This document shows positions 8,513 through 19,873 of a DNA stretch of 38,125 bases, in pieces. Under the pieces are notes generated by a model. It was not told the origin of the DNA, did no database searches, and saw nothing but the letters and a program-made list of their open reading frames with translations. A program made the translations under genes and the position numbers. The first letter of the stretch is position 1. Each line of letters begins with the position of its first letter. Source of the DNA: Bacteroidia bacterium (lineage in GTDB: Bacteria; Bacteroidota; Bacteroidia; SpSt-205); contig JANXDD010000004.1 of assembly GCA_025059915.1 (NCBI GenBank), positions 1 to 38,125 on the forward strand, read 5' to 3'.

Positions 8513-11500
8513 ATGACTCAAAGCCGAATCCGTTTCTCTAAGCACGAGGCGAAAGTCCCCGTGCCTGACTTATTATCTATTCAGCTGAACTCCTTCCGAA
8601 AGTTCGTAGACCTGCACACTCCGCCAGAGAAGCAGGAGTCCGAAGGTCTGTACAAAGCCTTCAAGGAGCACTTTCCGGTGCGAGACAGCCGGGACGAATA
8701 TGAGATGGATTTTGCTGGTTATCTCTTAGAGCCCCCCAGATATACGCCAGAAGAGTGCAAAATACGCGGGCTCACCTACGGGGTTCAGCTCAAGGTCCGC
8801 TTCACCCTCCGCGCTCTCAAACCTGACAATCAAATATTCAGACCTAAGGAAGAGTGGGTCTTCTTGGGAATCCTCCCTTACATGACCCCCCAAGGAACCT
8901 TTATCATCAATGGCGTAGAACGGGTAGTTATTAACCAGCTTCACCGCTCCCCGGGTATTCTCTTTTCAGCTGCTTCGCGTGCAGGGACTTCAGAAATGAC
9001 CTACGGGGCGCGCGTGATTCCTCAAAAAGGCACGTGGATAGAGTTTGCTACAGATTCCACAGGTTATACACGAGTTTATTTTGACCGGAAAAAGGCTGTA
9101 CCGGTCACCCTTCTTTTACGGGCGATGGGTCTGAGCTCAGATGGGCACATTGTTACCTACTTCAATCTCGCCGATGAAGTCAAGCTCAGCCAAATCCGTT
9201 CGGAAAAGCAATTTGCCCAGTACATCGGCCGCAAGCTCGCTACCCGCGTCATCACGGTAGACCTCCAAGACATTACAGACCAAGAGACTGGGGAGCACTC
9301 TACAATATCCCGCATAAACACAGTTTTTGAGATTGGACATGTTCTGACGAAAGACGACTGGGAGCAGCTGCAAAAGCTGAACATGACGGATGCCATTTAT
9401 CTCGTCAAGCCTGAGTATGAAAATGGTAAGCACATTATCCTTGCCACCCTGGCGAAAGACCCCAGTCACTCGCTCTCCTCTGCCTGTGTGGAGATATACA
9501 AGCTCTTGCGGGGCATAGAAAATGCTTCTGACGAAGAAGCTGCTCGGGCTTTCGTTGAAAAGCAAGTCTTATCTGACAAACGCTACGACCTCGGTGTAGT
9601 TGGGCGGTTCCAGATTAATCGCAAGCTCTACGGCGAGCAGCGATACACGGACCCCATCCTCCGTCTGGAGGATGTTGCGGCGATTATCCAGCGGCTTCAG
9701 GCTCTCCTCCAAGGAGAAGCAGAGGGGGATGAAGAAGACCACCTCAGCCATCGGCGCGTCCGTACCGTAGGAGAGCAGATATACCTTCAAGTCTCCACGG
9801 GCTTGGCTCGCCTGGCACGCACCATTCGCGAAAAAATGAGCACCTACGAATCAGAGGACTTTCAGCCCTCTGATGTGATTAATCCTCGTCCTTTCACCGG
9901 CGTCATCAATAGCTTTTTCTCCCAAGGGCAGCTAAGCCAGCTTCTGGACCAGACAAACCCCCTCTCTGAGCTTGCGCACAAGCGACGAATCACAGCTGTC
10001 GGCCCCGGCGGACTTTCTCGCGAACATGCAGGCTTTGAGGCTCGGGACGTGCATTATTCACATTACGGACGCATTTGCCCGATAGAAACGCCCGAAGGAG
10101 CCAATATCGGGCTCATCAACTCCTTGGCTATCTATGCCCGAGTAAATGAACTGGGCTTTTTGGAGACCCCCTACCATCCTGTGGAAGGCGGCAAGCCCAA
10201 CCTGGATGAAGTGGTATATCTGGCGCCCGACCAGGAAGAAAAGTACCCTATCGCCCCCCTGCGTCCTTTTCTAAATGGGCAAACCCCGCAGGAAATCCAG
10301 GTACGCTACCAAGGGGAATATCCAGAAGTCCCTGTTCAACAGGTCGCCTATACAGATGTAGCGCCTGACCAACTTCTGGGGCTCTCTGCGAGTTTGATTC
10401 CCTTCTTGGAGCATGATGATGCTAATCGGGCTCTCATGGGCTCTAACATGCAGCGGCAGGCGGTTCCCCTCCTTCGCCCAGAGGCGCCTATCGTCGGTAC
10501 AGGTATGGAAAAACATGTAGCACGAGATAGCCGAGTCCTCATTTATGCAGAATACCCCGGCGTCATAGAATATGTAGATGCCAAAAAAATTCAGGTGCGG
10601 TATGAGCGCCCCCCTGAAGAAGAGCTCGTCAGCTTCTCCTCCAATGTTGTTACTTACGAGATACCCAAGTTCCGCCGAACAAACGAAAACACCTGTCTCA
10701 ATCTCCGTCCCATAGTTCGGAAAGGTCAGCGGGTAGAAAAAGGGCAGCCGCTTGTAGAGGGATTTTCCATAGAAAACGGAGAGCTGGCACTGGGGAAGAA
10801 TCTCCTCGTTGCTTTCATGCCCTGGCAGGGGTATAACTTTGAGGACGCTATCGTGATTTCTCAGCGGCTGGTGCAAGATGATGTCCTCACCAGCATCAAT
10901 ATTCAGGAGTTTGAAGTGGAGGTCAGGGAAACGAAAGCGGGACCGGAGGAGCTTACGCGAGAACTGCCCAACGAGAGCGAGGATAGGGTGCGATATTTAG
11001 ACGAAAATGGAATCGTAGCAGTAGGTACAGAGGTGCGAGAGGGGGACATCTTAGTGGGGAAAGTAACCCCTAAGGGTCAAAGCTCAGAACTCACCCCCGA
11101 AGAGAAGCTCCTGCGCCAGATTTTCGGAGAAAGAAGCGCAGAAGTCAAAAGCACCCCCCTTGTCATGCCGCCTGCCAGCCATGGATATGTGATTGCGACA
11201 TACTTATATCGTAAAGACCGACGAGCTGCGACAAATGAAGAGCGCCGTCAGCTGGAGAAAGAGATTGACCGAAAGCTGGAGGAGCAGGTCAGCGCCCTCC
11301 GCCAGCAGATGGCTCAGAAACTTCAGCGGCTTCTGCAAGGTCAAAAGCTCGTTTCGGTGCGAAATAAATATGGCGAAGAGCTCCTCCCCTCCACAAAAAA
11401 GGTCACTGACAAATGGATTGCCTCCCTCCGGTTTGAAGACCTCAATCCTACGGGCTGGACCACCGACCCTAATACAAACCTCCTGATAGAGCGCCTTTTC

Positions 11501-12316
11501 CAAAACTACATGGCTCTATATAGTCGCTATCATGCAGATGCTCAGCGAGAGAAGCAGCACTTAGCCTCGGGTGATGAGCTCCCCAATGGCGTACTCAAAA
11601 TGGCTAAGGTCTATGTAGCTGTCAAACGCAAAATCAAAGTAGGGGATAAGCTGGCTGGTCGCCACGGAAATAAAGGGGTCATTGCCAAGATTGCTCCGAT
11701 TGAGGATATGCCCTATTTGGAGGACGGAACGCCAGTGGATATCGTTCTCAATCCGCTCGGTGTGCCCTCCCGAATGAATATTGGGCAGATTTATGAAGCT
11801 ATTTTGGGCTGGGCTGGGAAACGGCTCGGAGTAAAGTTTGAGGTTCCTCCTTTCGCGGGTGCCAGCTATGAAGAAGTCAATGAATGGCTCAAAAAGGCTG
11901 GCTTACCGCAGGATGGGCGGGTCTATCTGTATGATGGGCAGAGTGGAGAACGGTTTGACCAGCCGGCTACCGTCGGGGTCATCTATATGCTCAAGCTGGA
12001 CCATATGGTAGATGATAAAATGCATGCCCGTTCCGTAGGTCCGTACGGAGTGGTAACTTCCCAACCGCTGGGAGGACGCTCTCACTTCGGCGGGCAACGG
12101 TTTGGGGAAATGGAGGTATGGGCATTGGAAGCCTTTGGCGCTGCCAACCTCCTTCAAGAGATGCTCACTATCAAGTCCGACGACATTGAAGGGCGCATGA
12201 AAGCCCACGAAGCCATCATCAAGGGGGAAAACATCACCTACTTCGGCGTACCAGACTCTTTCCAAGTGCTCGTCAATGAACTGCGCGGACTTGCCTTAGA
12301 TGTAAAGTTTGACTAA
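8513..12316 (+). CDS. rpoB: DNA-directed RNA polymerase subunit beta
   Basis: Contains RpoB signatures such as GRHGNKGV. The start is taken at ATG 8513 (MTQSRIRFSK...) because the ORF-track TTG at 8468 lies in the terminator T-tract. Confidence 0.95.
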   Translation: MTQSRIRFSKHEAKVPVPDLLSIQLNSFRKFVDLHTPPEKQESEGLYKAFKEHFPVRDSRDEYEMDFAGYLLEPPRYTPEECKIRGLTYGVQLKVRFTLRALKPDNQIFRPKEEWVFLGILPYMTPQGTFIINGVERVVINQLHRSPGILFSAASRAGTSEMTYGARVIPQKGTWIEFATDSTGYTRVYFDRKKAVPVTLLLRAMGLSSDGHIVTYFNLADEVKLSQIRSEKQFAQYIGRKLATRVITVDLQDITDQETGEHSTISRINTVFEIGHVLTKDDWEQLQKLNMTDAIYLVKPEYENGKHIILATLAKDPSHSLSSACVEIYKLLRGIENASDEEAARAFVEKQVLSDKRYDLGVVGRFQINRKLYGEQRYTDPILRLEDVAAIIQRLQALLQGEAEGDEEDHLSHRRVRTVGEQIYLQVSTGLARLARTIREKMSTYESEDFQPSDVINPRPFTGVINSFFSQGQLSQLLDQTNPLSELAHKRRITAVGPGGLSREHAGFEARDVHYSHYGRICPIETPEGANIGLINSLAIYARVNELGFLETPYHPVEGGKPNLDEVVYLAPDQEEKYPIAPLRPFLNGQTPQEIQVRYQGEYPEVPVQQVAYTDVAPDQLLGLSASLIPFLEHDDANRALMGSNMQRQAVPLLRPEAPIVGTGMEKHVARDSRVLIYAEYPGVIEYVDAKKIQVRYERPPEEELVSFSSNVVTYEIPKFRRTNENTCLNLRPIVRKGQRVEKGQPLVEGFSIENGELALGKNLLVAFMPWQGYNFEDAIVISQRLVQDDVLTSINIQEFEVEVRETKAGPEELTRELPNESEDRVRYLDENGIVAVGTEVREGDILVGKVTPKGQSSELTPEEKLLRQIFGERSAEVKSTPLVMPPASHGYVIATYLYRKDRRAATNEERRQLEKEIDRKLEEQVSALRQQMAQKLQRLLQGQKLVSVRNKYGEELLPSTKKVTDKWIASLRFEDLNPTGWTTDPNTNLLIERLFQNYMALYSRYHADAQREKQHLASGDELPNGVLKMAKVYVAVKRKIKVGDKLAGRHGNKGVIAKIAPIEDMPYLEDGTPVDIVLNPLGVPSRMNIGQIYEAILGWAGKRLGVKFEVPPFAGASYEEVNEWLKKAGLPQDGRVYLYDGQSGERFDQPATVGVIYMLKLDHMVDDKMHARSVGPYGVVTSQPLGGRSHFGGQRFGEMEVWALEAFGAANLLQEMLTIKSDDIEGRMKAHEAIIKGENITYFGVPDSFQVLVNELRGLALDVKFD

Positions 12317-12331
12317 ACCTGAAACTTACCT

Positions 12332-15300
12332 ATGGAACAGACGAAAAACTCACTGGCGTCTCGTTTGTCTGTCGTAACGATACCTATACCGATTCGGCGA
12401 GTAACTTTAGCATTAGCCTCGCCCAACCGCATTTTGGAGTGGAGTCGCGGCGAAGTCATTCGGGCAGAGACGATAGACTACCGCACGCACAAGCCTGAGA
12501 TGGGCGGGCTCTTCTGCGAGCGCATTTTCGGTCCAGTCAAGGATTACGAATGCGCTTGTGGAAAGTACAAAGGCGCCCGCTATAAAGGCATTCGCTGCGA
12601 CCGCTGCGGCGTAGAAGTAATTGAGAAAAAATGGCGCCGCGTCCGCATGGGGCACATCTCGCTGCAAGAGCCGGTGGTACACCCCTGGTACTTCCGCTAC
12701 ACCCCCTCCAAACTCGGCGCTCTCCTCAACTACAACTCTAAGCGGCTGGAACAAATCGTGTATTACGACCGCTATGTCGTCATAGAGGTGGGAGATGCAG
12801 TACATGTGCTCAAATATGTGCGGCGCAGCAAGGAAGCCCGAGACCCTAAGAGCTTAGAGGTAGGTGATCTCCTCACCCCCGAAGAATATCAGGACATCGT
12901 ACGCCAACTGCGTAACCTTGCCAAAGAAAATCCCAACATCCGTCCCGAGTCTTTCGTTGCCAAGATGGGGGCGCAGGCCCTGGAGATTCTTCTAAGCCGA
13001 CTGGACTTAGACAAGCTGGCGACGGAGCTACGCGCCCAGCTGGCAAACGAAATCTCTATTCAGCGCCGAGGCGACATCCTACGCCGACTCAAAATCGTAG
13101 AAGAATTCCGAGCAGCCAATCGCCGAATAGAAAATCGTCCCGAATGGATGATTCTACGGGTGATTCCCGTAGTTCCGCCCGAATTGCGACCTCTTATCCC
13201 TCTCCCTGGCGGACGCTTCACAGCAGCCGACTTAAATGACCTCTACCGCCGCCTCATCCAGCGCAATAACCGCCTCAAACGCATGATGGAGAATCGCACC
13301 CCAGAGATTCTCCTCAATAATGAACGGCGCATGCTGCAGGAATCCGTAGATGCTCTTTTAGACAGCGCTCGCAAACGAAATCAAACGCGTGCTTCCGCCG
13401 AAAGCGCCTCTGGTCGTATCCTCCGCTCCCTCAGTGAAAACATCAAGGGTAAGCAGGGTCGTTTCCGCCAAAATCTCTTGGGCAAACGGGTGGATTACTC
13501 TGGGCGCTCCGTCATCGTCGTCGGTCCCCACCTCAAGCTTCACGAATGCGGACTGCCAAAAGACATGGCAGTAGAGCTATTCAAGCCTTTCATCATTCGG
13601 GACCTTTTGGCACAGCGGATCGCCCGCACAGAAAAGTCTGGTCGTCGTCTCGTTGAGCGAAAAGACCCCCGCATCTGGCCTATCTTGGAAAACGTTCTGC
13701 GCGGACATCCAGTACTTCTAAACCGCGCCCCTACTCTGCACCGCTTGGGTATTCAGGCATTCCAGCCCCGCTTAGTAGAAGGAAAAGCTATCCAGCTGCA
13801 CCCACTCGTTTGTACCGGCTACAATGCAGACTTTGACGGGGACCAAATGGCTGTTCATATTCCGCTCAGCCAAGCAGCCATCATGGAAGCCCAGGTTCTC
13901 CTCCTCTCAAGCCACAATATCCTCCATCCAGCTAACGGGGCCCCCATAGCAGTTCCTTCTCAAGATATGGTCTTGGGGCTTTATTATATCACTAAGCTGC
14001 GCCGAGGCGCAAAGGGAGAAAACCTGAGCTTCGCCAATACCGATGATGTTCTACAGGCTTACCATGCTGGTAAGATAGACATGCATGCGATTGTTAGCGT
14101 GCGCCTGCCCGCTGACAAGCATGTGTGGGTCCTCGGTGATGAGCCTGAAGATAAATACCAAGAAGTCATCGGACGCTGGAAGCGAATAACTACCACCGCA
14201 GGACGGGTGATCTTCAATCAAACCCTGCCGCCAGAAATGCCTTACGTGAATGGGCTTCTCACTAAGGGAGCTATCCGAGATGTGATTATGGAAGTCTTTC
14301 GTCGGACGGACCATCGCCGCACCGCCGAGTTTCTGGACAAAATCAAAGAGTTGGGCTTCCAGTCTGCCTTCAAGGGAGGGCTCTCTTTCACGCTGCATGA
14401 TGTGATAGTGCCCTCTAACCGTGAGAAGCTCATCCAAGAAGCCTTCCAACAGCGCGAAGAGATTCGGCAGGAGTATGCCATGGGGCTCATTAGCGATGGG
14501 GAACGCTACAATAAGATCATAGACCTCTGGACTCGCACCTCCAACGAGATAACAGACCAGCTGATTCGCGAGCTCAAAGCGCATGAAGAGGGCTTCAACC
14601 CCATTTACATGATGATGCACTCAGGGGCACGCGGTTCTCGGGAGCAGGTACGACAGCTCTGCGCCTTACGCGGGCTTATGAACAAGCCTCAAAGGCGCCT
14701 CGGTGCAAGAGAAATCATTGAAACCCCCATCCTCTCCAGCTTGCGCGAAGGGCTCAATGTAATTGAGTACTTCATTTCCACCCATGGAGCAAGGAAGGGA
14801 CTCGCTGATACTGCACTCAAGACCGCTGATGCAGGCTACCTGACCCGCAAGCTCGTAGATGTAGCTCAAGATGTCGTAATCACTGAAGAAGATTGTGGGA
14901 CGCTGCGTGGGCTGCGCCTCACCGCCCTCTACGATGAAAATGATGAGCTGGTAGAATCTCTCTCTTCCCGTATCGCTGGACGCTTCTCCCTCAATGATAT
15001 TTATCATCCCGTCACGGGAGAAAAGCTCTGCGGAGCAGGTGAAGAAATCACCGATGAAATAGCCAAAGCTATAGAAGCAGCAGGCATAGAAGCCGTAGAA
15101 GTGCGCTCTCCCATCACTTGCGAAGCTGAACGCGGTATATGCCAGAAGTGCTATGGTCGCCACTTAGCCATCGGTCGTCTGGTAGAAATCGGGGAAGCTG
15201 TGGGCATCATAGCTGCTCAATCCATTGGGGAGCCTGGTACCCAGCTTACGCTGAGAACCTTCCACACGGGTGGAGCTGCTCAGCGCATTACAGGTCAAAG

Positions 15301-16840
15301 TGCCCTCAAAGCAAAATATGACGGCATCGTTCAGTTTAGCGAAGACTTACGCACTGTAGAGCGCATTTATCGCGGAGAGAAAGAGCTTGTCGTCCTCAGC
15401 CGTACGACGGAGGTATATCTGCGGCATCCGCAGACCGACCAGATCATTTGGCGGGCGGATGTACCTTACGCCTCCGTGCTCAAAGTGGCTAATGGAGAGT
15501 TTGTCTCCAAAGGGCAAGAAATCTGCTCGTGGGACCCCTATGCTCGCCACATCCTTACCAGCGAAGGCGGCATCGTCCGATGGCAAAACCTCATAGAGGG
15601 CAAAACTTACCGCAAGGAACACATAGAAGAGTCTCAACAAGACGAGTACATCGTCATAGAATCTACCGACCGCTTCGTGACGCCCGCTATTGAGATTCTC
15701 AATGTACATGGGGAGACGGTAGAAACCTTCACCCTTCCTGTAAATGCCCGCATAATGGTCAAAAATGGCGAGCAAGTCGCCCCAGGGACTATTTTAGCTC
15801 GGACCCCTGTACAAGCAGCAAAAACGGCAGACATCACAGGGGGCCTTCCACGGGTGACAGAACTTTTTGAGGCTCGGTCCCCTAACGGAGCAGCTGTACT
15901 CGCAGAGATAGACGGCATTGTACGCATGCGTAGTCGTCGTCGCTCCACGCGTCAGGAGATTGAGATTGTTTCCGCCGATGAAAAAATAGTCGTCCCTCAT
16001 CAGGTACCTACTTCCCGCCTCCTGCTTGTACAGGATGGAGACAAGGTTCGGGCTGGACAGCCGCTCTGCGACGGACCTATCAGCCCGCATGACATCTTGC
16101 GAATTCTGGGCGTATCTGCGGTAGCAGAGTACCTCTTACGCAACATTCAGCTTATTTACGCACCGCAAGCAGTACGCATCAGTACGAAGCACCTGGAGAT
16201 TATCCTTCGCCAAATGCTCCAGAAGGTGGAGATTGTAGAACCAGGCGATACTATCTTCCTGCCAGAAGAGGTCGTAGATAAGGCGGAATATTTCCAAGAA
16301 AACGCCCTTCTGGCGGGTAAATATATCGTTACGGACCCCGGCGGCTCGGTGGAGGTTCAAGTGGGTTCTCTCATTACCCAAGCCCAACTGGAGGAAGCCA
16401 ATGAAGCGCTGCGAGCCCAAGGGCGCCCTGAAATCCAAGCTCGTCCTGCCCGCCCTGCTATCGCCCAACCTAAGCTTTTAGGAATTTCTAAAGCTGCCGC
16501 TACGACCCGCAGCTGGCTCTCCGCCGCTTCTTTCCAAGAGACTATCCGGGTACTTATTGATGCAGCCGTTACCGCTCGCACCGATGAGCTCGTCGGGCTA
16601 AAAGAAAATGTAATCACTGGTCAAAAAATCCCTGCGGGCACCGGCTACGCAGAGCGCCTGCGCGAGCAGATAGAATACAAGCTGCCTGTTCCAGAGCTTC
16701 TTGAAGTTTCTGCCTCTCAACAACCAGAACCTTCCAAATCGCCTTCCAAAGCTCGTAGCTCCTCCACTAAAGCCTCCGACACCCCTCGCTCCACTCGGCA
16801 GACTAAGAAGAAAAAGGAACAAGGTGCTTCAAGCTCGTGA
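12332..16840 (+). CDS. rpoC: DNA-directed RNA polymerase subunit beta'
   Basis: 1502 aa with the Zn-finger region CACGKYK...CDRCGVEV and the catalytic [12 protein letters not shown] motif. It carries a Ser/Lys-rich low-complexity C-terminal tail. Confidence 0.97.
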   Translation: MEQTKNSLASRLSVVTIPIPIRRVTLALASPNRILEWSRGEVIRAETIDYRTHKPEMGGLFCERIFGPVKDYECACGKYKGARYKGIRCDRCGVEVIEKKWRRVRMGHISLQEPVVHPWYFRYTPSKLGALLNYNSKRLEQIVYYDRYVVIEVGDAVHVLKYVRRSKEARDPKSLEVGDLLTPEEYQDIVRQLRNLAKENPNIRPESFVAKMGAQALEILLSRLDLDKLATELRAQLANEISIQRRGDILRRLKIVEEFRAANRRIENRPEWMILRVIPVVPPELRPLIPLPGGRFTAADLNDLYRRLIQRNNRLKRMMENRTPEILLNNERRMLQESVDALLDSARKRNQTRASAESASGRILRSLSENIKGKQGRFRQNLLGKRVDYSGRSVIVVGPHLKLHECGLPKDMAVELFKPFIIRDLLAQRIARTEKSGRRLVERKDPRIWPILENVLRGHPVLLNRAPTLHRLGIQAFQPRLVEGKAIQLHPLVCTGYNADFDGDQMAVHIPLSQAAIMEAQVLLLSSHNILHPANGAPIAVPSQDMVLGLYYITKLRRGAKGENLSFANTDDVLQAYHAGKIDMHAIVSVRLPADKHVWVLGDEPEDKYQEVIGRWKRITTTAGRVIFNQTLPPEMPYVNGLLTKGAIRDVIMEVFRRTDHRRTAEFLDKIKELGFQSAFKGGLSFTLHDVIVPSNREKLIQEAFQQREEIRQEYAMGLISDGERYNKIIDLWTRTSNEITDQLIRELKAHEEGFNPIYMMMHSGARGSREQVRQLCALRGLMNKPQRRLGAREIIETPILSSLREGLNVIEYFISTHGARKGLADTALKTADAGYLTRKLVDVAQDVVITEEDCGTLRGLRLTALYDENDELVESLSSRIAGRFSLNDIYHPVTGEKLCGAGEEITDEIAKAIEAAGIEAVEVRSPITCEAERGICQKCYGRHLAIGRLVEIGEAVGIIAAQSIGEPGTQLTLRTFHTGGAAQRITGQSALKAKYDGIVQFSEDLRTVERIYRGEKELVVLSRTTEVYLRHPQTDQIIWRADVPYASVLKVANGEFVSKGQEICSWDPYARHILTSEGGIVRWQNLIEGKTYRKEHIEESQQDEYIVIESTDRFVTPAIEILNVHGETVETFTLPVNARIMVKNGEQVAPGTILARTPVQAAKTADITGGLPRVTELFEARSPNGAAVLAEIDGIVRMRSRRRSTRQEIEIVSADEKIVVPHQVPTSRLLLVQDGDKVRAGQPLCDGPISPHDILRILGVSAVAEYLLRNIQLIYAPQAVRISTKHLEIILRQMLQKVEIVEPGDTIFLPEEVVDKAEYFQENALLAGKYIVTDPGGSVEVQVGSLITQAQLEEANEALRAQGRPEIQARPARPAIAQPKLLGISKAAATTRSWLSAASFQETIRVLIDAAVTARTDELVGLKENVITGQKIPAGTGYAERLREQIEYKLPVPELLEVSASQQPEPSKSPSKARSSSTKASDTPRSTRQTKKKKEQGASSS

Positions 16841-17619
16841 TTACCCTCGCAGACCTGATACGCAAGCTGGAAGCGTGGGCTCCCCCCCACTGGGCTGAAT
16901 CCTATGATACCGTAGGATTGCTCTGGGGGGAGCCTACTCGCCCCGTTTCAGGGGTTCTAACCACTCTGGACATTACACCCTCTATCCTGGAGGAGGCTCG
17001 TGCCCTTGGCACTAACCTCATCATAGCCCACCATCCCATATGGTTCGGACAAAAGCAGCGTCTCTCCTGGGAAGCTTTCGCTGACCGCCTTATTTATGAG
17101 CTCATCAAAGCAGATATTGCGGTATATGCAATGCACACAAACTTAGACCAAGCGAGAGAAGGGGTCAGCTTCACTCTATGTCGGGCTCTGGACCTCACCC
17201 CCGAAGGCTTTCTCCAAAGTAATGCAGGCGAATATGGAACTGGATATATCGGAAGGGGCTCATACCCTCTACCCATTGAGGACTTTTTCAACCATCTCAA
17301 ACAAAAACTTTCCATCCCTGTCCTTCGTTACGCCAGAGGGCACCAGACGGCTATCCAGCGGGTGGCAGTGTGTGGGGGAGCTGGCAGCTTTCTCCTCCCA
17401 GAAGCTCTAAAAGCAGGAGTAGATGCCTTTCTGACTGCAGATATACCCTATCATCGCTTTTTTGAAGCTCAAGGAAAGGTCTGGCTCATAGACATCGGAC
17501 ATTATGAGTCCGAGGTCTGGATAGCTGACCAAATTGCTAACTACTTGCGCAGGGAATTTCCCACCCTCCCTATTTTTTCTACTCGCCTCAGAACTAATCC
17601 CATAGAATATTGGATATGA
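16837..17619 (+). CDS. NIF3-family dinuclear metal centre protein (YbgI/YqfO-like)
   Basis: 260 aa with AHHPIWF and MHTNLD motifs. A GTGA start/stop overlap links it to rpoC. Confidence 0.8.
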   Translation: MITLADLIRKLEAWAPPHWAESYDTVGLLWGEPTRPVSGVLTTLDITPSILEEARALGTNLIIAHHPIWFGQKQRLSWEAFADRLIYELIKADIAVYAMHTNLDQAREGVSFTLCRALDLTPEGFLQSNAGEYGTGYIGRGSYPLPIEDFFNHLKQKLSIPVLRYARGHQTAIQRVAVCGGAGSFLLPEALKAGVDAFLTADIPYHRFFEAQGKVWLIDIGHYESEVWIADQIANYLRREFPTLPIFSTRLRTNPIEYWI

Positions 17620-18407
17620 TGACGACCGATACCTCTCAGGTTCGTGAGCGCTTAGTAGAGCTTATTCAGCTCCAAGTTTTGTATGATCGCCTTCATGCTG
17701 TGAGGGCTCGGCAAGGAGATTTGCCCCAGCAGATAGAGGACCTTAGCGCAAAAGCCGACACCCTTCAGCACTCCCTCAAAGAGCTGGCAGAGCAAATCCG
17801 CCAAATAGAGGCTGAGGTGCGATCCCTCCATGTAAGTAACGACAGCCTACGAGACCACGAACAAAAACTTCGCAAGAAGTTAGAAGCGGTCCGAACTAAT
17901 CAGGAGTACTATGACATTGAGACGGAGATAAAGGAAACCCACCTCACGATTGAGAAAAACCTCCAAGATATACGCCGCCTACAGCACAAAGCAGAGAGCT
18001 TCCGTCAGAAATATAGCGAGGATGAAGCCACCCTTCGGGATATTCAAGCACGGATTGCAGAAAGAAAGGAACGGTTAGAGGTCATAAAACAACATACAGC
18101 AGAGCAGGAGGCGCATCTTCTAAAGCAGATTGAAGTACTTAGCCAGCAGCTTCAAGCTGAGGACCCGCGTCTTTTTCAGCTTTTTGAGCGGCGACGCCGT
18201 TCCCTCCGCGGAGGGAAAGCCGTCGTATCCATCATTCCAACCGAGCGGGTGGAAGGACGCTATGCTTGTGGTGGGTGCTATACGCTCCTGCCACGACAGC
18301 TCCACTGGGAGATCATGCAGCGCAATAAAATCATCGTCTGTGAAAGTTGCGGGCGCTTCCTCGTAGATGAAGGGTTCTATACCGAAGTGGCTAAGTCTAT
18401 GTCTTAG
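17616..18407 (+). CDS. Coiled-coil C4 zinc-ribbon protein (COG1579-like NIF3 partner)
   Basis: A long coiled coil precedes CGGC...CESC. ATG 17616 forms an ATGA overlap with the NIF3 stop. The ORF-track TTG at 17610 is less likely to be the start. Confidence 0.7.
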   Translation: MMTTDTSQVRERLVELIQLQVLYDRLHAVRARQGDLPQQIEDLSAKADTLQHSLKELAEQIRQIEAEVRSLHVSNDSLRDHEQKLRKKLEAVRTNQEYYDIETEIKETHLTIEKNLQDIRRLQHKAESFRQKYSEDEATLRDIQARIAERKERLEVIKQHTAEQEAHLLKQIEVLSQQLQAEDPRLFQLFERRRRSLRGGKAVVSIIPTERVEGRYACGGCYTLLPRQLHWEIMQRNKIIVCESCGRFLVDEGFYTEVAKSMS

Positions 18408-19833
18408 CCTCCTTTGGGCTCAGCGTGCTTCGTTTTTTTACGCTCTTTGGGACTTAGACTTTGAGGCAGCAGAACGGGAGGCCTCTACCGAATGGAATGG
18501 CTCTTATGCCACTTGGGACCACCATCGCATCGCTTTCTTCAAAGCTCTTTTCCCCATTCACCCCACCGAACGCAAGAGCTTCTGGGAAACAACCCAGCTA
18601 ACAGAAAGGCTTTTTGAGCGCCAAATTGCTCCAGCTCTGCCTGAGCTGGCGGCAGATATGTACGCTCAACGGGCCATCATTCACACCCTTGAGCAAAACT
18701 GGCTTTCAGCGGGCTACGCTGCATGGAAAAGCTGGAGACTCATTCAAAAGGGATTACGAAAAGACCCTCTCACCTATCAGTGGCTGGGGTTGTGGCAGGT
18801 GATTTTTGCTACGCTCCCTCCCCCCTATGGTGATTGGCTGCCGGGAAGTCCAGAAAGCCGGTGGCAGGAAGCTTTGACCGCTCTGAAGCAAGCCAGCGCT
18901 CCCCAAAGCTATACCGTATGGGAATCCAGCCTGCTTTACTTCTATGTACTGCGGAACTTAGATACGCTTGCTTCTCTCTGGCTGGATTCTTGCAAGCGCT
19001 TTCTTTTCAGCCAACGAGAACCGCCCTATCTCTGGCGCTTCTCCATCGCTCTGCATGCCTTGGAAGAAGGAGACTTTACAAAGGCAGAAAGCATTTTGCG
19101 TCAGCTCACGACAGCCCCTCAAATCAGCCGTTTCCCTTATCCGTATTTTTGGCTGGGCAAGCTGTATCTCTATGCAGGTAGGTGGAACGAGGCACTGAGC
19201 GCATGGAATGCTTTCATAGATATTCAGAGTCAGCCGTTTGGCATGGCGGCAGTGCAAACATGGACAGGATACATCGCTTGGGCTCGGAAAGATACGCTCC
19301 GAGCTGAAAGTGCATGGAGACGCGCAGCTGCTTATGAGAGTCTCTTGTGGGAAGAAGACCTTCTGGCTCAAAATTTAGCTCGGGAGTGGCTTACAAATCC
19401 GCCAGATTCAGTAGAGCAGCGTCTGTGGGCTGCTCGCTGGCTCGTGAATGCCCGGGCTTATACTGCTGCCCAGGATACCTTAGAGCCGCTCAGAGTTCAG
19501 CTTAGCCGCCTCACAGGCGATCAAAAGACAGCTCTCTACTACACCTACGGACGACTCTACCACCGCTCTAAACGGGAAGAAGCAGCCCGCTTCGCTTACT
19601 ACCAAGCCACCCGGCAAGTACCTCAGAAAAATCGTTGGATGCAAGCCTATGCCGCCCTCTATTTAGCTCAACTGTACGAGCGCATAGGCGATTGGCACAA
19701 TGCTCGGCTCTACTATCAAGAAGCTGAAAAGCTCGGCATAGAAACCGCTCGCACAGGCGTTATTCAAAAAGCTCGTGGCGGCTTCGCTCGGGTGAAAGAT
19801 AAACGCTACCCGGTCCCAGGAGAAAAGCCCTAA
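18367..19833 (+). CDS. Secreted TPR-like repeat protein
   Basis: 488 aa. It has the signal-like N-terminus KWLSLCLSLLWAQ and TPR-like helical repeats near the C-terminus (YLAQLYERIGDWHNARLYYQEAEKLG). It overlaps the upstream gene by 41 nt. Confidence 0.5.
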   Translation: MKGSIPKWLSLCLSLLWAQRASFFYALWDLDFEAAEREASTEWNGSYATWDHHRIAFFKALFPIHPTERKSFWETTQLTERLFERQIAPALPELAADMYAQRAIIHTLEQNWLSAGYAAWKSWRLIQKGLRKDPLTYQWLGLWQVIFATLPPPYGDWLPGSPESRWQEALTALKQASAPQSYTVWESSLLYFYVLRNLDTLASLWLDSCKRFLFSQREPPYLWRFSIALHALEEGDFTKAESILRQLTTAPQISRFPYPYFWLGKLYLYAGRWNEALSAWNAFIDIQSQPFGMAAVQTWTGYIAWARKDTLRAESAWRRAAAYESLLWEEDLLAQNLAREWLTNPPDSVEQRLWAARWLVNARAYTAAQDTLEPLRVQLSRLTGDQKTALYYTYGRLYHRSKREEAARFAYYQATRQVPQKNRWMQAYAALYLAQLYERIGDWHNARLYYQEAEKLGIETARTGVIQKARGGFARVKDKRYPVPGEKP

Positions 19834-19858
19834 CCCCCTACCCTCATAGCAAACTACC

Positions 19859-19866
19859 TACTTTTG
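19859..19866 (+). promoter_or_regulatory. -7 promoter box TACTTTTG
   Basis: Perfect TAnnTTTG. A 7-nt spacer separates it from ATG 19874. Confidence 0.5.
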
Positions 19867-19873
19867 TAGTGGT

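Noticed and set aside
10271-10876. A 201-aa ORF antisense to rpoB. Similar antisense ORFs occur at 9137..9565, 11204..11503 and 11903..12265.
   Set aside because: It lies entirely inside a highly conserved, confidently called gene on the opposite strand. It has no recognisable motifs and looks like a typical shadow ORF.
14051-14620. A 189-aa ORF antisense to rpoC. Similar antisense ORFs occur at 14666..15163, 15347..15775 and 16136..16468.
   Set aside because: These are shadow ORFs within rpoC, with no motifs and no promoter box next to their starts.
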